NCBI GenBank assembly: GCA_039028615.1
Contig: JBCCHT010000020.1
Span: 64,001 to 128,000, forward strand
Direction: 5' to 3'
DNA from: Myxococcota bacterium
GTDB lineage: Bacteria; Myxococcota_A; Polyangia; Nannocystales; Nannocystaceae
DNA length: 64,000 nucleotides
Notes under the pieces: model-generated
Seen by the model: the letters and a program-made list of their open reading frames with translations, nothing else
What the model was told of the DNA's origin: nothing
Database searches by the model: none
Position numbers and translations under genes: made by a program
Part shown: piece after piece, positions 18,276 to 28,071 of the stretch
How positions within the stretch are numbered: position 1 is the first letter of the stretch
How the letters are laid out: each line of letters opens with the position of its first letter

Positions 18276-20963
18276 CTACTCGAGCTTGGCGATGTGGCCC
18301 CGCCCGAGCTTGAACGAGTACATCCCGTTGATCGGATCGGTGGTGTTGCTGACCACGTTGTTGGCCGCCTGCGACACGTCGCCCAGGAAGTTGAAGTAGG
18401 CGCAGCTGACCCCCGCGGGCAGGCGCTCGCTGATCTCGGCCATCGCCTCGAACGAGCCGGCCGCCGACGACATCGGCTCGAGATCGGGATCGACGACGTC
18501 GGAGTTGCGGACCTCGATGCGGTCGCCGCTGACGATGCCCAGGACCGCGGCATCCTGCGCGTTGAGCTCGACCACGTTGTAGGGCATCTGCATCCGACGA
18601 TGAGCGATGCGCTCGTCCTCGACCATCGCGCTCCAGGTTCGAGAGTCGCGGCGGTTGATGACCCACAGCTCACCGTCGCGAGGCGCGAGCATGTCCTGCC
18701 GCTCGACGACATCGTCCCAGTCACCCCGAGCAAAGATCGCCTTGCCCGTGGCCGTCTTGAAGCCGCCGCGCTCCCCCGCCGTGACCTCGGCCACCTCGGC
18801 GTCGTGAAAGCGCGGTGTCTGCTGGATGACGCCGTCTTCGAGACGCAAGGGGCACTGCAACCCCGAGGTCCCGTACTCGGCGAGGACGTCGTGGGCGGGC
18901 CGTCCCTGCTCGCGCGCCTGCTCGACCAACGCTCCGTAGGCCTGCGTGCCCCCGGACACGGCCGACGCCTCTTCGAAGACCTCGTTGCTCGAGCCCCACT
19001 CGAAGCCGGTGTAGCCCATGCGCCGCGCGATGCTGGCCACGATGCTCCAGTCGTCGCGCGTCTGGCCCGGGGCATCGCAGATCTGTGCATAGTGACGGAG
19101 CCGACGCTCGCCCTGCATGCGGGTGAACGACCCCTCGCCCCACGACGTGGCGGGCAGCACCAGGTCGGCCAGGTCGGTGAGGCTCTGCGGATACAGGTCC
19201 TGCTGCACCAGCACCATGCCGCCCGCGTCGGCGCGAGCACACAAGGCGGCGATGACCGCCTCGCGGTCGAGACCCCCTTGCGGCCCATTGGGTCGCGCGA
19301 TGGACTCGTCGACCTGAGGACCGGTCTCCCGTACGAGCTGCCGCATGCGCACGAACAATGGACCCGCCGCCGCGGTGCCGCCCCCGGCCCACGTGCACCC
19401 GATCGCCCACGCCATGCGCAGGTTGCCCTCGATGACCCATGCGTCGAGGTTGAGCCCCGCGGGGCGCCCCTCGAGGGTGTGCGGGGAGGCATCACTCGGG
19501 TACGAAGCAGCCCGCATCATCCCCCGCTGGTGCCCGCCACCCCGCGACACGACGCGGCCGGGGCGGTTGCCTGCGCCCACCAGCAAGCCCAGGCTGACCA
19601 AGGACGCACTGTTGGCGAAGTTGTGCGACCAGTAGTTGCCCTTCTCGAGCATCAGCGAGGCCCGAGGGCGACGCACCTCGCCGGCCGAGTCCAGCCCCGC
19701 TTCGGCCAGCCATGCCGCCGCCTGCTCGATCTTCTCGGCCGGCACCGAGGTGATGCGCTCCGCCTCGGCGAGGGTGTAGCGATCGTCGCCCTCGATCATC
19801 TCCCGCCACGAGGCAAAGTCCTGGCCGTAGGCGGTGCGCATATCGTGGCCCTCGCGCTCTTGCTCGAGCTCCTCGGCAGACACCACGTAGCGCTCGATGA
19901 ACTCCGCGTCGTGCCACCCTCGCTCGAGGATCACCCGGGCGATGGCGTTGTTGAGCACGGTGTCGGTGCCCGGCCGCACCTGCAGGTGCAGGCCACCCCG
20001 CTGCTCGGCGATCTCGGCGGTGACCGAGCGCCGCGGGTCGACCACGATGAGCCGCTTGACCCGTCGCCCCTGTTCGTCGACCAGGGCTTCCCCCGTGGGC
20101 TCGGCGAGGATCCAGTTGCTGAACAGCACCCCGCGAGCCTCGTACGCCGCCACCCCGGACAGCAGCACCACATCGGCCTCGCGCCAGTCCTCGTAGCCCG
20201 CGCTGAAGGCATCGACCCCCGCCACCGACAGGCCCGGCGTCGAGCTGCCCGAGCGCGGCTGATCGTGCGGGGCCCAGCACGGGGTCCCCACCGCGTCGAA
20301 GGCCAGCTTGGTGATCGCGTAGGTGTTCTCGTAAAACTGATAGGTATAGGTCTTGAGCCCCCAGCCGAGCGGGCCATGGTTGTCGATGACGTGCCGACCG
20401 ACCCGGGCCGCAATCTCGATCGCGTCGTCCCAGTCGATCTCGACCATCTCCTCGCCCACACGCAGCGCGGGCCGCAAGAACCGGTCCTGCTTGAGCTCGT
20501 CGTCGGGGGAGTAGAGCCGTCGCGCCAGCACCCCGCCCAGGTTGTGGTCGCCCATGGGGTTGACCACCTCCGCCTCCCAGTCGGGCAGCACCACCACGTG
20601 ATGCGGCACGCCGTCGACGGCCACGATGTTGTGCTGGTTGGGCGAGATCCACGGAGCGTTGGGCATGCGCGTGGGAAAGTCGATGCCCAGCGCGTTGTCC
20701 TCGGCGGCGGGACCTCCCGAGGCGCGGTCGACCGGCCAGCGGAAGATTCGATACCCGCAGCCGACGATGCAGAATGCACACGCGGAGGTGAGTTCTTCGG
20801 CGTCGACGGGCGGAAGGAACAGAGCCCCGGACGGGCCGACCGCGTCGTCGGCCTGCGCGGATCGACTCTTGGCCAGCGGCACCAGGGCGGCCCCACCGAG
20901 CGCCAGACGGCCGAAGCGACGACGACCGAGATCGGCCGCGGTCTTCTTGGAGCGAGCGGCCAT
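18276..20963 (-). CDS. DMSO-reductase-family molybdoenzyme large subunit, AioA/IdrA-like
   Basis: CAFCIVGCGY Fe-S motif; NQHNIV; YQFYENTYAITK; VVDPRRSVTA; PGTD; EKGNYW; GGHQRG; DLVLPATSWGE; ERRLR; Tat-like GRRRFGR...AQA. Confidence 0.9.
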   Translation of the reverse strand: MAARSKKTAADLGRRRFGRLALGGAALVPLAKSRSAQADDAVGPSGALFLPPVDAEELTSACAFCIVGCGYRIFRWPVDRASGGPAAEDNALGIDFPTRMPNAPWISPNQHNIVAVDGVPHHVVVLPDWEAEVVNPMGDHNLGGVLARRLYSPDDELKQDRFLRPALRVGEEMVEIDWDDAIEIAARVGRHVIDNHGPLGWGLKTYTYQFYENTYAITKLAFDAVGTPCWAPHDQPRSGSSTPGLSVAGVDAFSAGYEDWREADVVLLSGVAAYEARGVLFSNWILAEPTGEALVDEQGRRVKRLIVVDPRRSVTAEIAEQRGGLHLQVRPGTDTVLNNAIARVILERGWHDAEFIERYVVSAEELEQEREGHDMRTAYGQDFASWREMIEGDDRYTLAEAERITSVPAEKIEQAAAWLAEAGLDSAGEVRRPRASLMLEKGNYWSHNFANSASLVSLGLLVGAGNRPGRVVSRGGGHQRGMMRAASYPSDASPHTLEGRPAGLNLDAWVIEGNLRMAWAIGCTWAGGGTAAAGPLFVRMRQLVRETGPQVDESIARPNGPQGGLDREAVIAALCARADAGGMVLVQQDLYPQSLTDLADLVLPATSWGEGSFTRMQGERRLRHYAQICDAPGQTRDDWSIVASIARRMGYTGFEWGSSNEVFEEASAVSGGTQAYGALVEQAREQGRPAHDVLAEYGTSGLQCPLRLEDGVIQQTPRFHDAEVAEVTAGERGGFKTATGKAIFARGDWDDVVERQDMLAPRDGELWVINRRDSRTWSAMVEDERIAHRRMQMPYNVVELNAQDAAVLGIVSGDRIEVRNSDVVDPDLEPMSSAAGSFEAMAEISERLPAGVSCAYFNFLGDVSQAANNVVSNTTDPINGMYSFKLGRGHIAKLE

Positions 20964-21514
20964 CAGGCACCTCCGTTCGGCACGCTCAGCGCGGTGTCCT
21001 CGGACAGCGCCTCACCGTAGGCGAGCCGTACCGGGGCGCGCGCGAGCACCTGCTCCCCCTCCACCCTCAGCTCGATGCGCGGCAGGTTCGATGCCGCCCG
21101 CCCGTAGACCATGCCGCCGTCTCGACGCAGATCGAACAAGCTTTGGTGGCAGCCACAGGGGCCGATGCACCCGGTGGCCGCGTCGACGCCATCGAGACCC
21201 AGCGGGCAGCCCATGTGCGGGCAGACGCTGGAGAACGCCACGATCCGCGACTGTGGCCCCACCCCGTGCTCCGCCGTGTCGTTCAGGCGAACCACGAAGC
21301 AGGCGCTGCCGTCGGGCAGCTCGAAGGGCACCGCTTCGCCGCCCTCCAGCTCGTCGGTCCGAGCGACCGCAATCCACTGCGACCCCTCGGCATCGGCCGT
21401 GCATCCGCCGACCATGGCCACGGAGACTCCCCCCACGACCGCTCGCCCCAACGCCCGACGGGATAACGCCGGACTACGTCGAGGGCCCCCACGACTCGAA
21501 TTCATGCTCGTCAT
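20963..21514 (-). CDS. Rieske [2Fe-2S] small subunit, AioB/IdrB-like (Tat lipoprotein)
   Basis: LSRRALG...VGGC; GVGPQSRIVAFSSVCPHMGC and CGCHQSLFD; GRAASNLPRIEL; TGATG coupling to the large subunit. Confidence 0.9.
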   Translation of the reverse strand: MTSMNSSRGGPRRSPALSRRALGRAVVGGVSVAMVGGCTADAEGSQWIAVARTDELEGGEAVPFELPDGSACFVVRLNDTAEHGVGPQSRIVAFSSVCPHMGCPLGLDGVDAATGCIGPCGCHQSLFDLRRDGGMVYGRAASNLPRIELRVEGEQVLARAPVRLAYGEALSEDTALSVPNGGA

Positions 21515-21936
21515 CGAAATCCATTCCCCCGGACCGCATACGCATCCCAGTGGCGGCCGTGCTCCACCGACGCATGCCCATGCAGGCACGCGCACGCCGA
21601 GGCTCGACCCGCCGTCGCTTCAATCGACCGTCGCTCAACTGTGGTACTTCGACGTTCGTAATGCAGTCGTATCGATGGGAGAAATTGAATGGATCACTGA
21701 CAATTGCAAGAAGAAATCTCCCTACAACATTGGTAACTTCATAATCGGCCAGCCGGACTGTCGCGCAGGCTACGCTAGCGGTTCGAATCCTCGTGAATTG
21801 GGATAATCGATGTTCTACGACCAGACGCTCGCAATCGCGCGCCCAACGCGGCGGCTCCGAGGACCGAGCATTCCACGCAAGGATGGCCTAATCCACAAGA
21901 CAAAAGTGTAGAAATTAATTGTAGTGATTCGGACTG

Positions 21937-21968
21937 CATAATTCGACTGCCGAATTATGACAGTGTCA
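21937..21968. promoter_or_regulatory. Adjacent palindromes in an AT-rich intergenic region (candidate operators)
   Basis: CATAATTCG-actgc-CGAATTATG (21937-21959) overlapping TGACA-g-TGTCA (21958-21968). Confidence 0.4.
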
Positions 21969-22026
21969 CTGCCATAGCGGCATCAATTACTCATACCGAT
22001 GGCAGAGATTGCACCCGCCCCTGAAA

Positions 22027-23010
22027 TCAGGGCACGACCCAATCGTCGTCGAAGAACACCTCGGCGACCAAACCCGCCACGACCGGATCGTAGGCCGAAA
22101 GCTCGGCTCGAGTATCGACGTGATTATGGACGCCATCGGGCGGTTCGGCCTCGAGATTCGCGTTGAACCAGCTCTGCACCGCTTCGGCCCAATACTCGCG
22201 GTCGTTCGTGCTGGCGTAGGTCTCGGACCACAGGCCCGCCGCCAGGGCGTCGGTATGGGCGGCCACGAGCTGTTGCTGCTTGGCGCCCCCATCGGGCAGG
22301 AGCTGCACGCCGACCCCCCAGAGGGTGTGTGAAAATTCGTGCACCATGATGCTCTCGCCGGCATAGCCGTCGCCGGGCAGGTGCAGCAGGTTCTCCTCAC
22401 CCACGGTGGAGGCCGGGCGTTCGAGGGTCGCTCCCAGCCCCCGCGCCCGGTTGTCCCAGTCGATGCCCGGGAATACATCGTAGAGATCGGCATGCTCGGG
22501 GATGTCGGTGGTCACCTCATCCACCGCCATGATCCCCACGCGAATGCGATTGTCCACCAGCTGCGCATGCACATCCGGCCGCATGGCGAGCATGTGCTGC
22601 ACGATCTCGCAGGCCACCACGAACGCCTCGGGCTGCACGTTCGCCGATCCCAAGATCGGCAGGCCCTCGAAGTCGAGGTGCTGCTCATAGAAGGAAGACA
22701 GCGCCCACGCTCTCACGAGCTCCGCCGGGGGAGCGCCGACGAGCTCGAGTTGGCAGGGATCGACCATGGATCCCGTGCTCCCCGCAGCCGTCTCGTCGGC
22801 GCCCGCGGTCGTGCCCGCAGTGGTGGATCCGCCGGAACCAGCGTTGCCGCCCGACGTGGGCTCCACGGGAGCGGTGGTCTGCGGCGTGGGCGTGGGCGAC
22901 GTGCCCGTGCCCTCGCTCGAGGCGGCAGGCGTCGTTCCAGCCCCACCGCAGGTACAGCCCCCTGCGACGAGAACACACAGCCAACCGCGATGGAGCCAGG
23001 CGCGTCGCAT
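22027..23010 (-). CDS. Lipoprotein with zincin metallopeptidase domain (anthrax-LF/Pro-Pro-peptidase-like)
   Basis: Lipobox AGGC; RARGLG; GEENLL; VHEFSH (HExxH); YASTNDREYWAE; ELSAYDP. Confidence 0.8.
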   Translation of the reverse strand: MRRAWLHRGWLCVLVAGGCTCGGAGTTPAASSEGTGTSPTPTPQTTAPVEPTSGGNAGSGGSTTAGTTAGADETAAGSTGSMVDPCQLELVGAPPAELVRAWALSSFYEQHLDFEGLPILGSANVQPEAFVVACEIVQHMLAMRPDVHAQLVDNRIRVGIMAVDEVTTDIPEHADLYDVFPGIDWDNRARGLGATLERPASTVGEENLLHLPGDGYAGESIMVHEFSHTLWGVGVQLLPDGGAKQQQLVAAHTDALAAGLWSETYASTNDREYWAEAVQSWFNANLEAEPPDGVHNHVDTRAELSAYDPVVAGLVAEVFFDDDWVVP

Positions 23011-23121
23011 CCTCCCGACGATACAACGCCATCGCCCGGCCCATGCCTGCCGCCTGCGGCAAAAGCGATGAGATGCCACCGAACGAGGATGGAAACGACT
23101 ACCGTCGGACACATACCCGTC

Positions 23122-24156
23122 GTGCCCGTTTCGTCACTACGCCTCGCCCGTCGGTGCGCCCTCGCCCTCGCCCTCGTCGCCGCGCCGGCCTGCACGCAGG
23201 AGCCCGAGTCCCCCCCGCCCGCCGAGTCCGAGGCCGACCGCGAGTACCGGCCCATCCCCGCGTCCATGCGCCGGGAGCTGGCCGGTGTCTGGAGCAAGGG
23301 CGACGCCAAGATCGTGAAGATCTGGCTCAACGGCGACATCGAGATCTTGGAGACCGAGGCGGACGGTCGCCGCAGCCGGGTCTGGCAACCGAAGGTCGTC
23401 TTCCATCTCGCGCCCAAGGTGCCCTCGGCCTACCAGACGATCTACGTCATCGAAGAGCCCCCCGCCGAGCGTGATGGAACCTGGACCATGACAATGGATG
23501 GGGAGACCTACACCCTGCTCAGCCGGGACGACTACTCCATCGCGCCCGAGGGGTCGAGCGACTCGAAGGCACCGACCCACGGCAAGCTCGGCCCCCCGCC
23601 GCCAACCAGGAGCGCTCCGACCGGCACGCCCTCCGCGGCACCGGCCGAGCCCCCGCCGCAGATCCTGACCGATGCCGGGGCCTGGGCCGCGGCCCACCAC
23701 CGCGTGACGCACCGCGAGACCTTCGACCGCTACTCCGGCACCACGCCCCTGCAGGGCACCTCGATCGAGACCCCCGCCGGCCTGCAGCTGACGGCCCGGC
23801 CCAAGCGCCCCCGCATCGCCAGTCAGGTCGCGATCGTCGACAAGGATGGCCACAAGGGGCTGATGCTTTGGGGCACGACGCAAGCGCGCCCCTCCGTCGA
23901 GGCTCAGTTCGGGAAACCGGCCACCGACCTGCGATTTCGCTGGGCCTCCGCTTCTCCCGACGAGCCGATTCACGGCAACTACGAGCTGAAGCTGACGACC
24001 GCGTCCGGTCGGCACCACCGCCATCCCTTCGAGGGCACCGAGGGGACCCTCGTGGTCCAGAGCCCCGACGATCCCATCACGGAACTTTGGCTCGGGGCCC
24101 CTCGTAGGTGCGGCTACCGGGGAATCATGTTCGACGACTTCGCATGGGCCCCATGA
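23122..24156 (+). CDS. Hypothetical lipoprotein
   Basis: ALALALVAAPAC lipobox; two globular regions joined by a Pro linker. Start is GTG 23122 or ATG 23089. Confidence 0.6.
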   Translation: MPVSSLRLARRCALALALVAAPACTQEPESPPPAESEADREYRPIPASMRRELAGVWSKGDAKIVKIWLNGDIEILETEADGRRSRVWQPKVVFHLAPKVPSAYQTIYVIEEPPAERDGTWTMTMDGETYTLLSRDDYSIAPEGSSDSKAPTHGKLGPPPPTRSAPTGTPSAAPAEPPPQILTDAGAWAAAHHRVTHRETFDRYSGTTPLQGTSIETPAGLQLTARPKRPRIASQVAIVDKDGHKGLMLWGTTQARPSVEAQFGKPATDLRFRWASASPDEPIHGNYELKLTTASGRHHRHPFEGTEGTLVVQSPDDPITELWLGAPRRCGYRGIMFDDFAWAP

Positions 24157-24195
24157 ATTGAATCGATCCCGTCGGCGATCCGTTGGAAGCGGGGC

Positions 24196-24999
24196 ATGGC
24201 GTACGTGCTCGCCCAAACCGGACTGGTCTCCGCCTTCGACGACCGCCCTGCCGCGCTCACGGGGGTGCTGGGCACAGTGCTGGTGGCGGCCCTGGGCTTG
24301 CTCGCGGCGAGTGCGACCGCTGGCCCGAGCCTCGGCGAGCGCCCCCGGAAGATCCCGTTCGAGCCCGCGTTCGTCATGGCGCTGGGCTCTCCAGACGCCG
24401 ACGAGATCACACAGTCGTCTGCCGTCGACTCCCCGACCGAGCCCGAAGCCGAGCCCGAGCCCGAAACCGAGCCCGAGCCTGAAACCGAGCCCGACGATGC
24501 AGAGGCCAGTCCCGAGGACACAGTCACGAAGGACGTCACGCCCCCCAAGCCACCGCGTCCACCCAAGCCTCCTCGGGCCACGCCGTCTCCCCCCAAGCCG
24601 AGCCCACCCCGGCCGAGCCCACGACCGCCGCTGCCCTCTCCCCCCGAGCCCTCCAGGGGCAACCCCTGGGCCCCGGGCGGATTCGACGACCTCAACGAGT
24701 CGGGCGATCCGTGGGCACGCGCGGTGCTGGCCGCCCTCGAGCGCATGAACGTCGGCACCGCCTACGGTAAACCCATCACGGGCAACGTGCGCTTCCAGAT
24801 CACGGTGTGCAAAGACGGCCGGATCTCCCGCGTCGCCAACAAGGGCGGCACCGCCTCGGAGAACGGGCGAGACCTCGTCCTGCTCGAGGTCGGCCGCGTC
24901 CGTGTGCCCCGGCCCCCGGCCTCCATCGTGTCCCAGATGAAGGGTTCATGCGCAAAGCTGGGACACACCTTCTCCTGGACCCTGCAGAACACGCGGTAG
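24196..24999 (+). CDS. TonB/TolA-like protein
   Basis: N-terminal TM, EP and PKP Pro-rich linker, C-terminal VRFQITVCKDGRI...VPRPP domain. Confidence 0.7.
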   Translation: MAYVLAQTGLVSAFDDRPAALTGVLGTVLVAALGLLAASATAGPSLGERPRKIPFEPAFVMALGSPDADEITQSSAVDSPTEPEAEPEPETEPEPETEPDDAEASPEDTVTKDVTPPKPPRPPKPPRATPSPPKPSPPRPSPRPPLPSPPEPSRGNPWAPGGFDDLNESGDPWARAVLAALERMNVGTAYGKPITGNVRFQITVCKDGRISRVANKGGTASENGRDLVLLEVGRVRVPRPPASIVSQMKGSCAKLGHTFSWTLQNTR

Positions 25000-25024
25000 C
25001 TCGGGGCCAGGGCTCTTGCCCGCT

Positions 25025-25885
25025 TTAGCCTTCGGACGGACGAAAGTACACGATGCCGATGGCATGCCGATCGGCGTCCGACCAGGTCCCGCTCTGCTCC
25101 GCGGGCGCACACGCGTTCATGATCGAGTCGGGATCGCCCTGCGCGGCGTCGGGAGTCCCGGGAACCTGGACCGCACCGTAGGGCGGTACTCCTTCATCGG
25201 TCCGAGACCCACCGCAGCTGCTGTGCGTCGCGTAGTCGGTGTGGCGGAAGCCCACGGTATGACCGATCTCGTGCATGAGGGTGCTGGTCTGATTGCGGAG
25301 GGATTTGGCGAGCAAGCACGGGTTGATCTCGATCGTCGCCCCCGGTCGCCCGTCACTGGAGGGAAAATCCGCCACGCCATTGACGTCCCTGTTGATGTCA
25401 CCCGGAGTCGCGGCGTCGCAGGTGCTCGAGGAGTCCATCGCCGTCACTTCGATGACGCCGCGATCGGTACGTGAGGCGGGCGGCAAACAGTCGGTGGAGA
25501 GGCTAAAGCGCAGGCGGCTGCCCTCGATCCCGTTCCACTGCTTCAGGGCCTCGTCGGCGGCGGTGAGGAACGAGCCCGAGCGGAGGCGAGGCCCCACCCA
25601 GATCACGATCTCGTCGATGGAGTCGGCGACGGTCACATTGGTGACGAACTGGCGAAAGCTCGTGCCCCGCGGCCCGGCCGAGGCCTCGAGGCTCATCCGA
25701 ATGTCACCCTGCACGAGGACCTCGCCTTCGGGCGTGATCTCGATGTCGGCGGGGCGATGGCCTGCCTCGAGCAGGTTGGCCACGATCTGCTCCGTCGACG
25801 AGTCGGCTTCGGCGGGGCCCGGGTCGCAACCACCGATCGCGCTCAACGCCAACGCCCCCAGCACCGCACTCGCGATCTTGCCCAT
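25025..25885 (-). CDS. M57 family (HEIGH) metallopeptidase lipoprotein
   Basis: Lipobox IGGC; VQGDI; ADFPSSDGRPG; MHEIGHTVGFRHTDY; VPGTP...DPDSIMNAC. Confidence 0.88.
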   Translation of the reverse strand: MGKIASAVLGALALSAIGGCDPGPAEADSSTEQIVANLLEAGHRPADIEITPEGEVLVQGDIRMSLEASAGPRGTSFRQFVTNVTVADSIDEIVIWVGPRLRSGSFLTAADEALKQWNGIEGSRLRFSLSTDCLPPASRTDRGVIEVTAMDSSSTCDAATPGDINRDVNGVADFPSSDGRPGATIEINPCLLAKSLRNQTSTLMHEIGHTVGFRHTDYATHSSCGGSRTDEGVPPYGAVQVPGTPDAAQGDPDSIMNACAPAEQSGTWSDADRHAIGIVYFRPSEG

Positions 25886-25926
25886 CGAGATGACTCCTTC
25901 GAAGGAGTCACCCGACGACGGATTAA

Positions 25927-27126
25927 CTATTCACCCATCAGCTCGATGACATACCCGGCCGTGATGTCGGCACCGCCCGGGCCGAAATGGCCGTCGTGGG
26001 TCAGGTAGTCGTCGTACTCCAGGCGCTCGAGCAGTCCGAGATCCGGCTCGATTCCCGCGCCGCGCATCGCTGCGATCATCGCCTCCGTCGCGGGGGCCCA
26101 CCGCCCGGCCTCGGCTTCCATCATCGCGGGCAGCACCACCACATGGAACGCGGCGTCCAACTCGGCTGCACGGCGGCGCATGGCCTCGACCTGCTCGACG
26201 ACGCGCGGTCGGAACTCGGCCCGATACGCCGACGATGGCGAGCCCAGCAGGCGCAGGTTGGGATCACGAAACGCGAGCACGACCCCGCGTACGGCCTTCA
26301 GGGTCAGGCGATCTCGAAGCGTGGCGGTCGCGCGCGGCCACGGCTCCCGCGAGCGCAGCAGAGCCTGGACCCGCTGCTCCACCTCCGCGTCGCTCAGGAC
26401 GACCCCCGGCGCCGGCTTGCGCGTCACCGCCCAGCCGTCCCAGACATCGTTGGCGGTGGGCTCGACGTTCGTCCACTCGGCATCGTTGGCGCAGTACAGG
26501 TACACGACCGTCGACCCCCGCCAGGGCAGCGTGTCCACCACATGGCGGGCTTGGGGAGCGCCCCAGCCGGGCACCCCGGTCGAGTACGCCCGCAGCTCGG
26601 TTCGCGCTTCGATCCGAGCCTGAGTGGTGTGCTCGCGCGGGAGCCCCTGGCCGAACGTGAACGAATCACCCACCAGCAGCACGTCGTCGTCGATGCTCTC
26701 GCCCCGCGGCTCGTCGTCGCGATGGCCCCAACCGTTGAGCTGTACGGGGACCTGCACCACGGAGTCGTCGTAGGTCCCCTGCCAGCCCGGCACCATGCGG
26801 TGACCGAGCACGGGATCGGCCATGAACATCCCGCGACGAGACTGCGCGACCACGAAGGAATCGGCGCGCGGCCCCGTGGCGAGACAGGTGTCGACTCCGA
26901 TTGCGCTGGCATAGGCCACCGCCACGAAGACCGACAGACGGACCCCCAGTCCCCGCACTCGCTCGGGCAAGGGCGCGTACGCCAGCAGCATCAGCCACAC
27001 GCCGACGACGGCCGCGAGCGCGGGGACGGAGCCGAGCCGGGCGTGCGCGATCACGTAGACCGAGGCCGCCGCCACCATCACCGCGCCGAGTCGGCCAGCA
27101 ACGCGGGCTGTTCGAGACGTTCTCAT
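25927..27126 (-). CDS. Membrane-anchored SGNH/GDSL hydrolase family protein
   Basis: Three N-terminal TMs; NGWGHRD; VGDSFTFGQG; GVPGWG; CAND; DGHF. The 5' part of ORF 25927..28050 is an antisense shadow. Confidence 0.82.
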   Translation of the reverse strand: MRTSRTARVAGRLGAVMVAAASVYVIAHARLGSVPALAAVVGVWLMLLAYAPLPERVRGLGVRLSVFVAVAYASAIGVDTCLATGPRADSFVVAQSRRGMFMADPVLGHRMVPGWQGTYDDSVVQVPVQLNGWGHRDDEPRGESIDDDVLLVGDSFTFGQGLPREHTTQARIEARTELRAYSTGVPGWGAPQARHVVDTLPWRGSTVVYLYCANDAEWTNVEPTANDVWDGWAVTRKPAPGVVLSDAEVEQRVQALLRSREPWPRATATLRDRLTLKAVRGVVLAFRDPNLRLLGSPSSAYRAEFRPRVVEQVEAMRRRAAELDAAFHVVVLPAMMEAEAGRWAPATEAMIAAMRGAGIEPDLGLLERLEYDDYLTHDGHFGPGGADITAGYVIELMGE

Positions 27127-27300
27127 CGGGAGGCGGGCTACAGGTCGAAGCGGTCCACGGAGTCGACCCTCGACCGCGAAACTAGCATTGGCCGACCGCT
27201 CGCTGCGCGTAGGGTGTCGGCGCCGCTCATGCTCGCCGCGTGAACCCCCCGGGTGGGGGGCAGCCGTCGCCCGGGGGCGCTCGCTAGCCTGAACGATGCC

Positions 27301-28056
27301 ATGAAGCTGCCCCGGATCTCCCCCGTGCCGCGCTCGACCCCACGGGCTCCCATCGTCCGGGACCCAGGGACCGTGCACCCCGCGTCGTCCACCAACTTCA
27401 AGAAGACGGCCATCCTGCAGATCGGTCGACCCAGCTTCGTCGGTCAGGCGGCCAAGGTCAGCTGCCCCAACAAGAGCAACCAGAGCCAGAGCCTGGACCA
27501 CCTCATCCCCTGGGCCTCGATCCGAAACGGCTACTACGCCTCCATGAACCCCGGCTCCAACGGCTCGTGCACGAACAACCTGGGTCTGCTTTATGCGTCG
27601 GTAGGGCTCAGCCCCGACTCGAACTCGATCAATACGGCCTGCGGCTCGAGCAACGTGAACAACAACTCCGCGACGCAGATCGACAAGTCGATCCTGAGCA
27701 CGCTGAACAGCGCAACGACCAACCTGCGCTGCGGCTTCTCCTCCGCCAATCAGTCGGTGAGCAATGCGCTCGACATCCCCTGCGGCGATCAGAGTTTCAA
27801 CAGCCAACAAAACCGCATCGAGATCGGCGGGACCTCGGCGCAGAGGCTCTCGTTCTTCCTGGCGATCAACTCGACGGACCCGCAGCCGCCCTTCGTGTTC
27901 AAGACCAACCAGTCGTGCCAGGGAGGTGGCGGTTGCAACAACTCGCGCGTGCAGACGAGCGACTGCAGCAACGACGTGGGCGCGAGCGTGATGCCGCCAC
28001 AGACCGCCCCCGCCTTCTACCTGAACAAGTTCAGCGGAACGCTCACACACTTGTGA
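27301..28056 (+). CDS. Asn/Ser/Cys-rich protein with HNH-like nuclease motif
   Basis: DHLIPW...LNSATTNLRCGFSSANQSVSNALD; GC-rich third codon positions support real coding. Confidence 0.6.
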   Translation: MKLPRISPVPRSTPRAPIVRDPGTVHPASSTNFKKTAILQIGRPSFVGQAAKVSCPNKSNQSQSLDHLIPWASIRNGYYASMNPGSNGSCTNNLGLLYASVGLSPDSNSINTACGSSNVNNNSATQIDKSILSTLNSATTNLRCGFSSANQSVSNALDIPCGDQSFNSQQNRIEIGGTSAQRLSFFLAINSTDPQPPFVFKTNQSCQGGGGCNNSRVQTSDCSNDVGASVMPPQTAPAFYLNKFSGTLTHL

Positions 28057-28071
28057 GCGAGCGGCAGGCCT

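Noticed and set aside
17895..21020. 1041-aa plus-strand ORF, and similar long ORFs such as 4361..6472, 6588..9443, 40847..42643 and 53217..55241
   Set aside because: Antisense or alternate-frame shadows of recognisable genes, expected in high-GC DNA.
18276..21514. Naming the pair aioBA or idrAB
   Set aside because: Active-site motifs differ from canonical AioA and idrP genes are absent; the substrate cannot be assigned.
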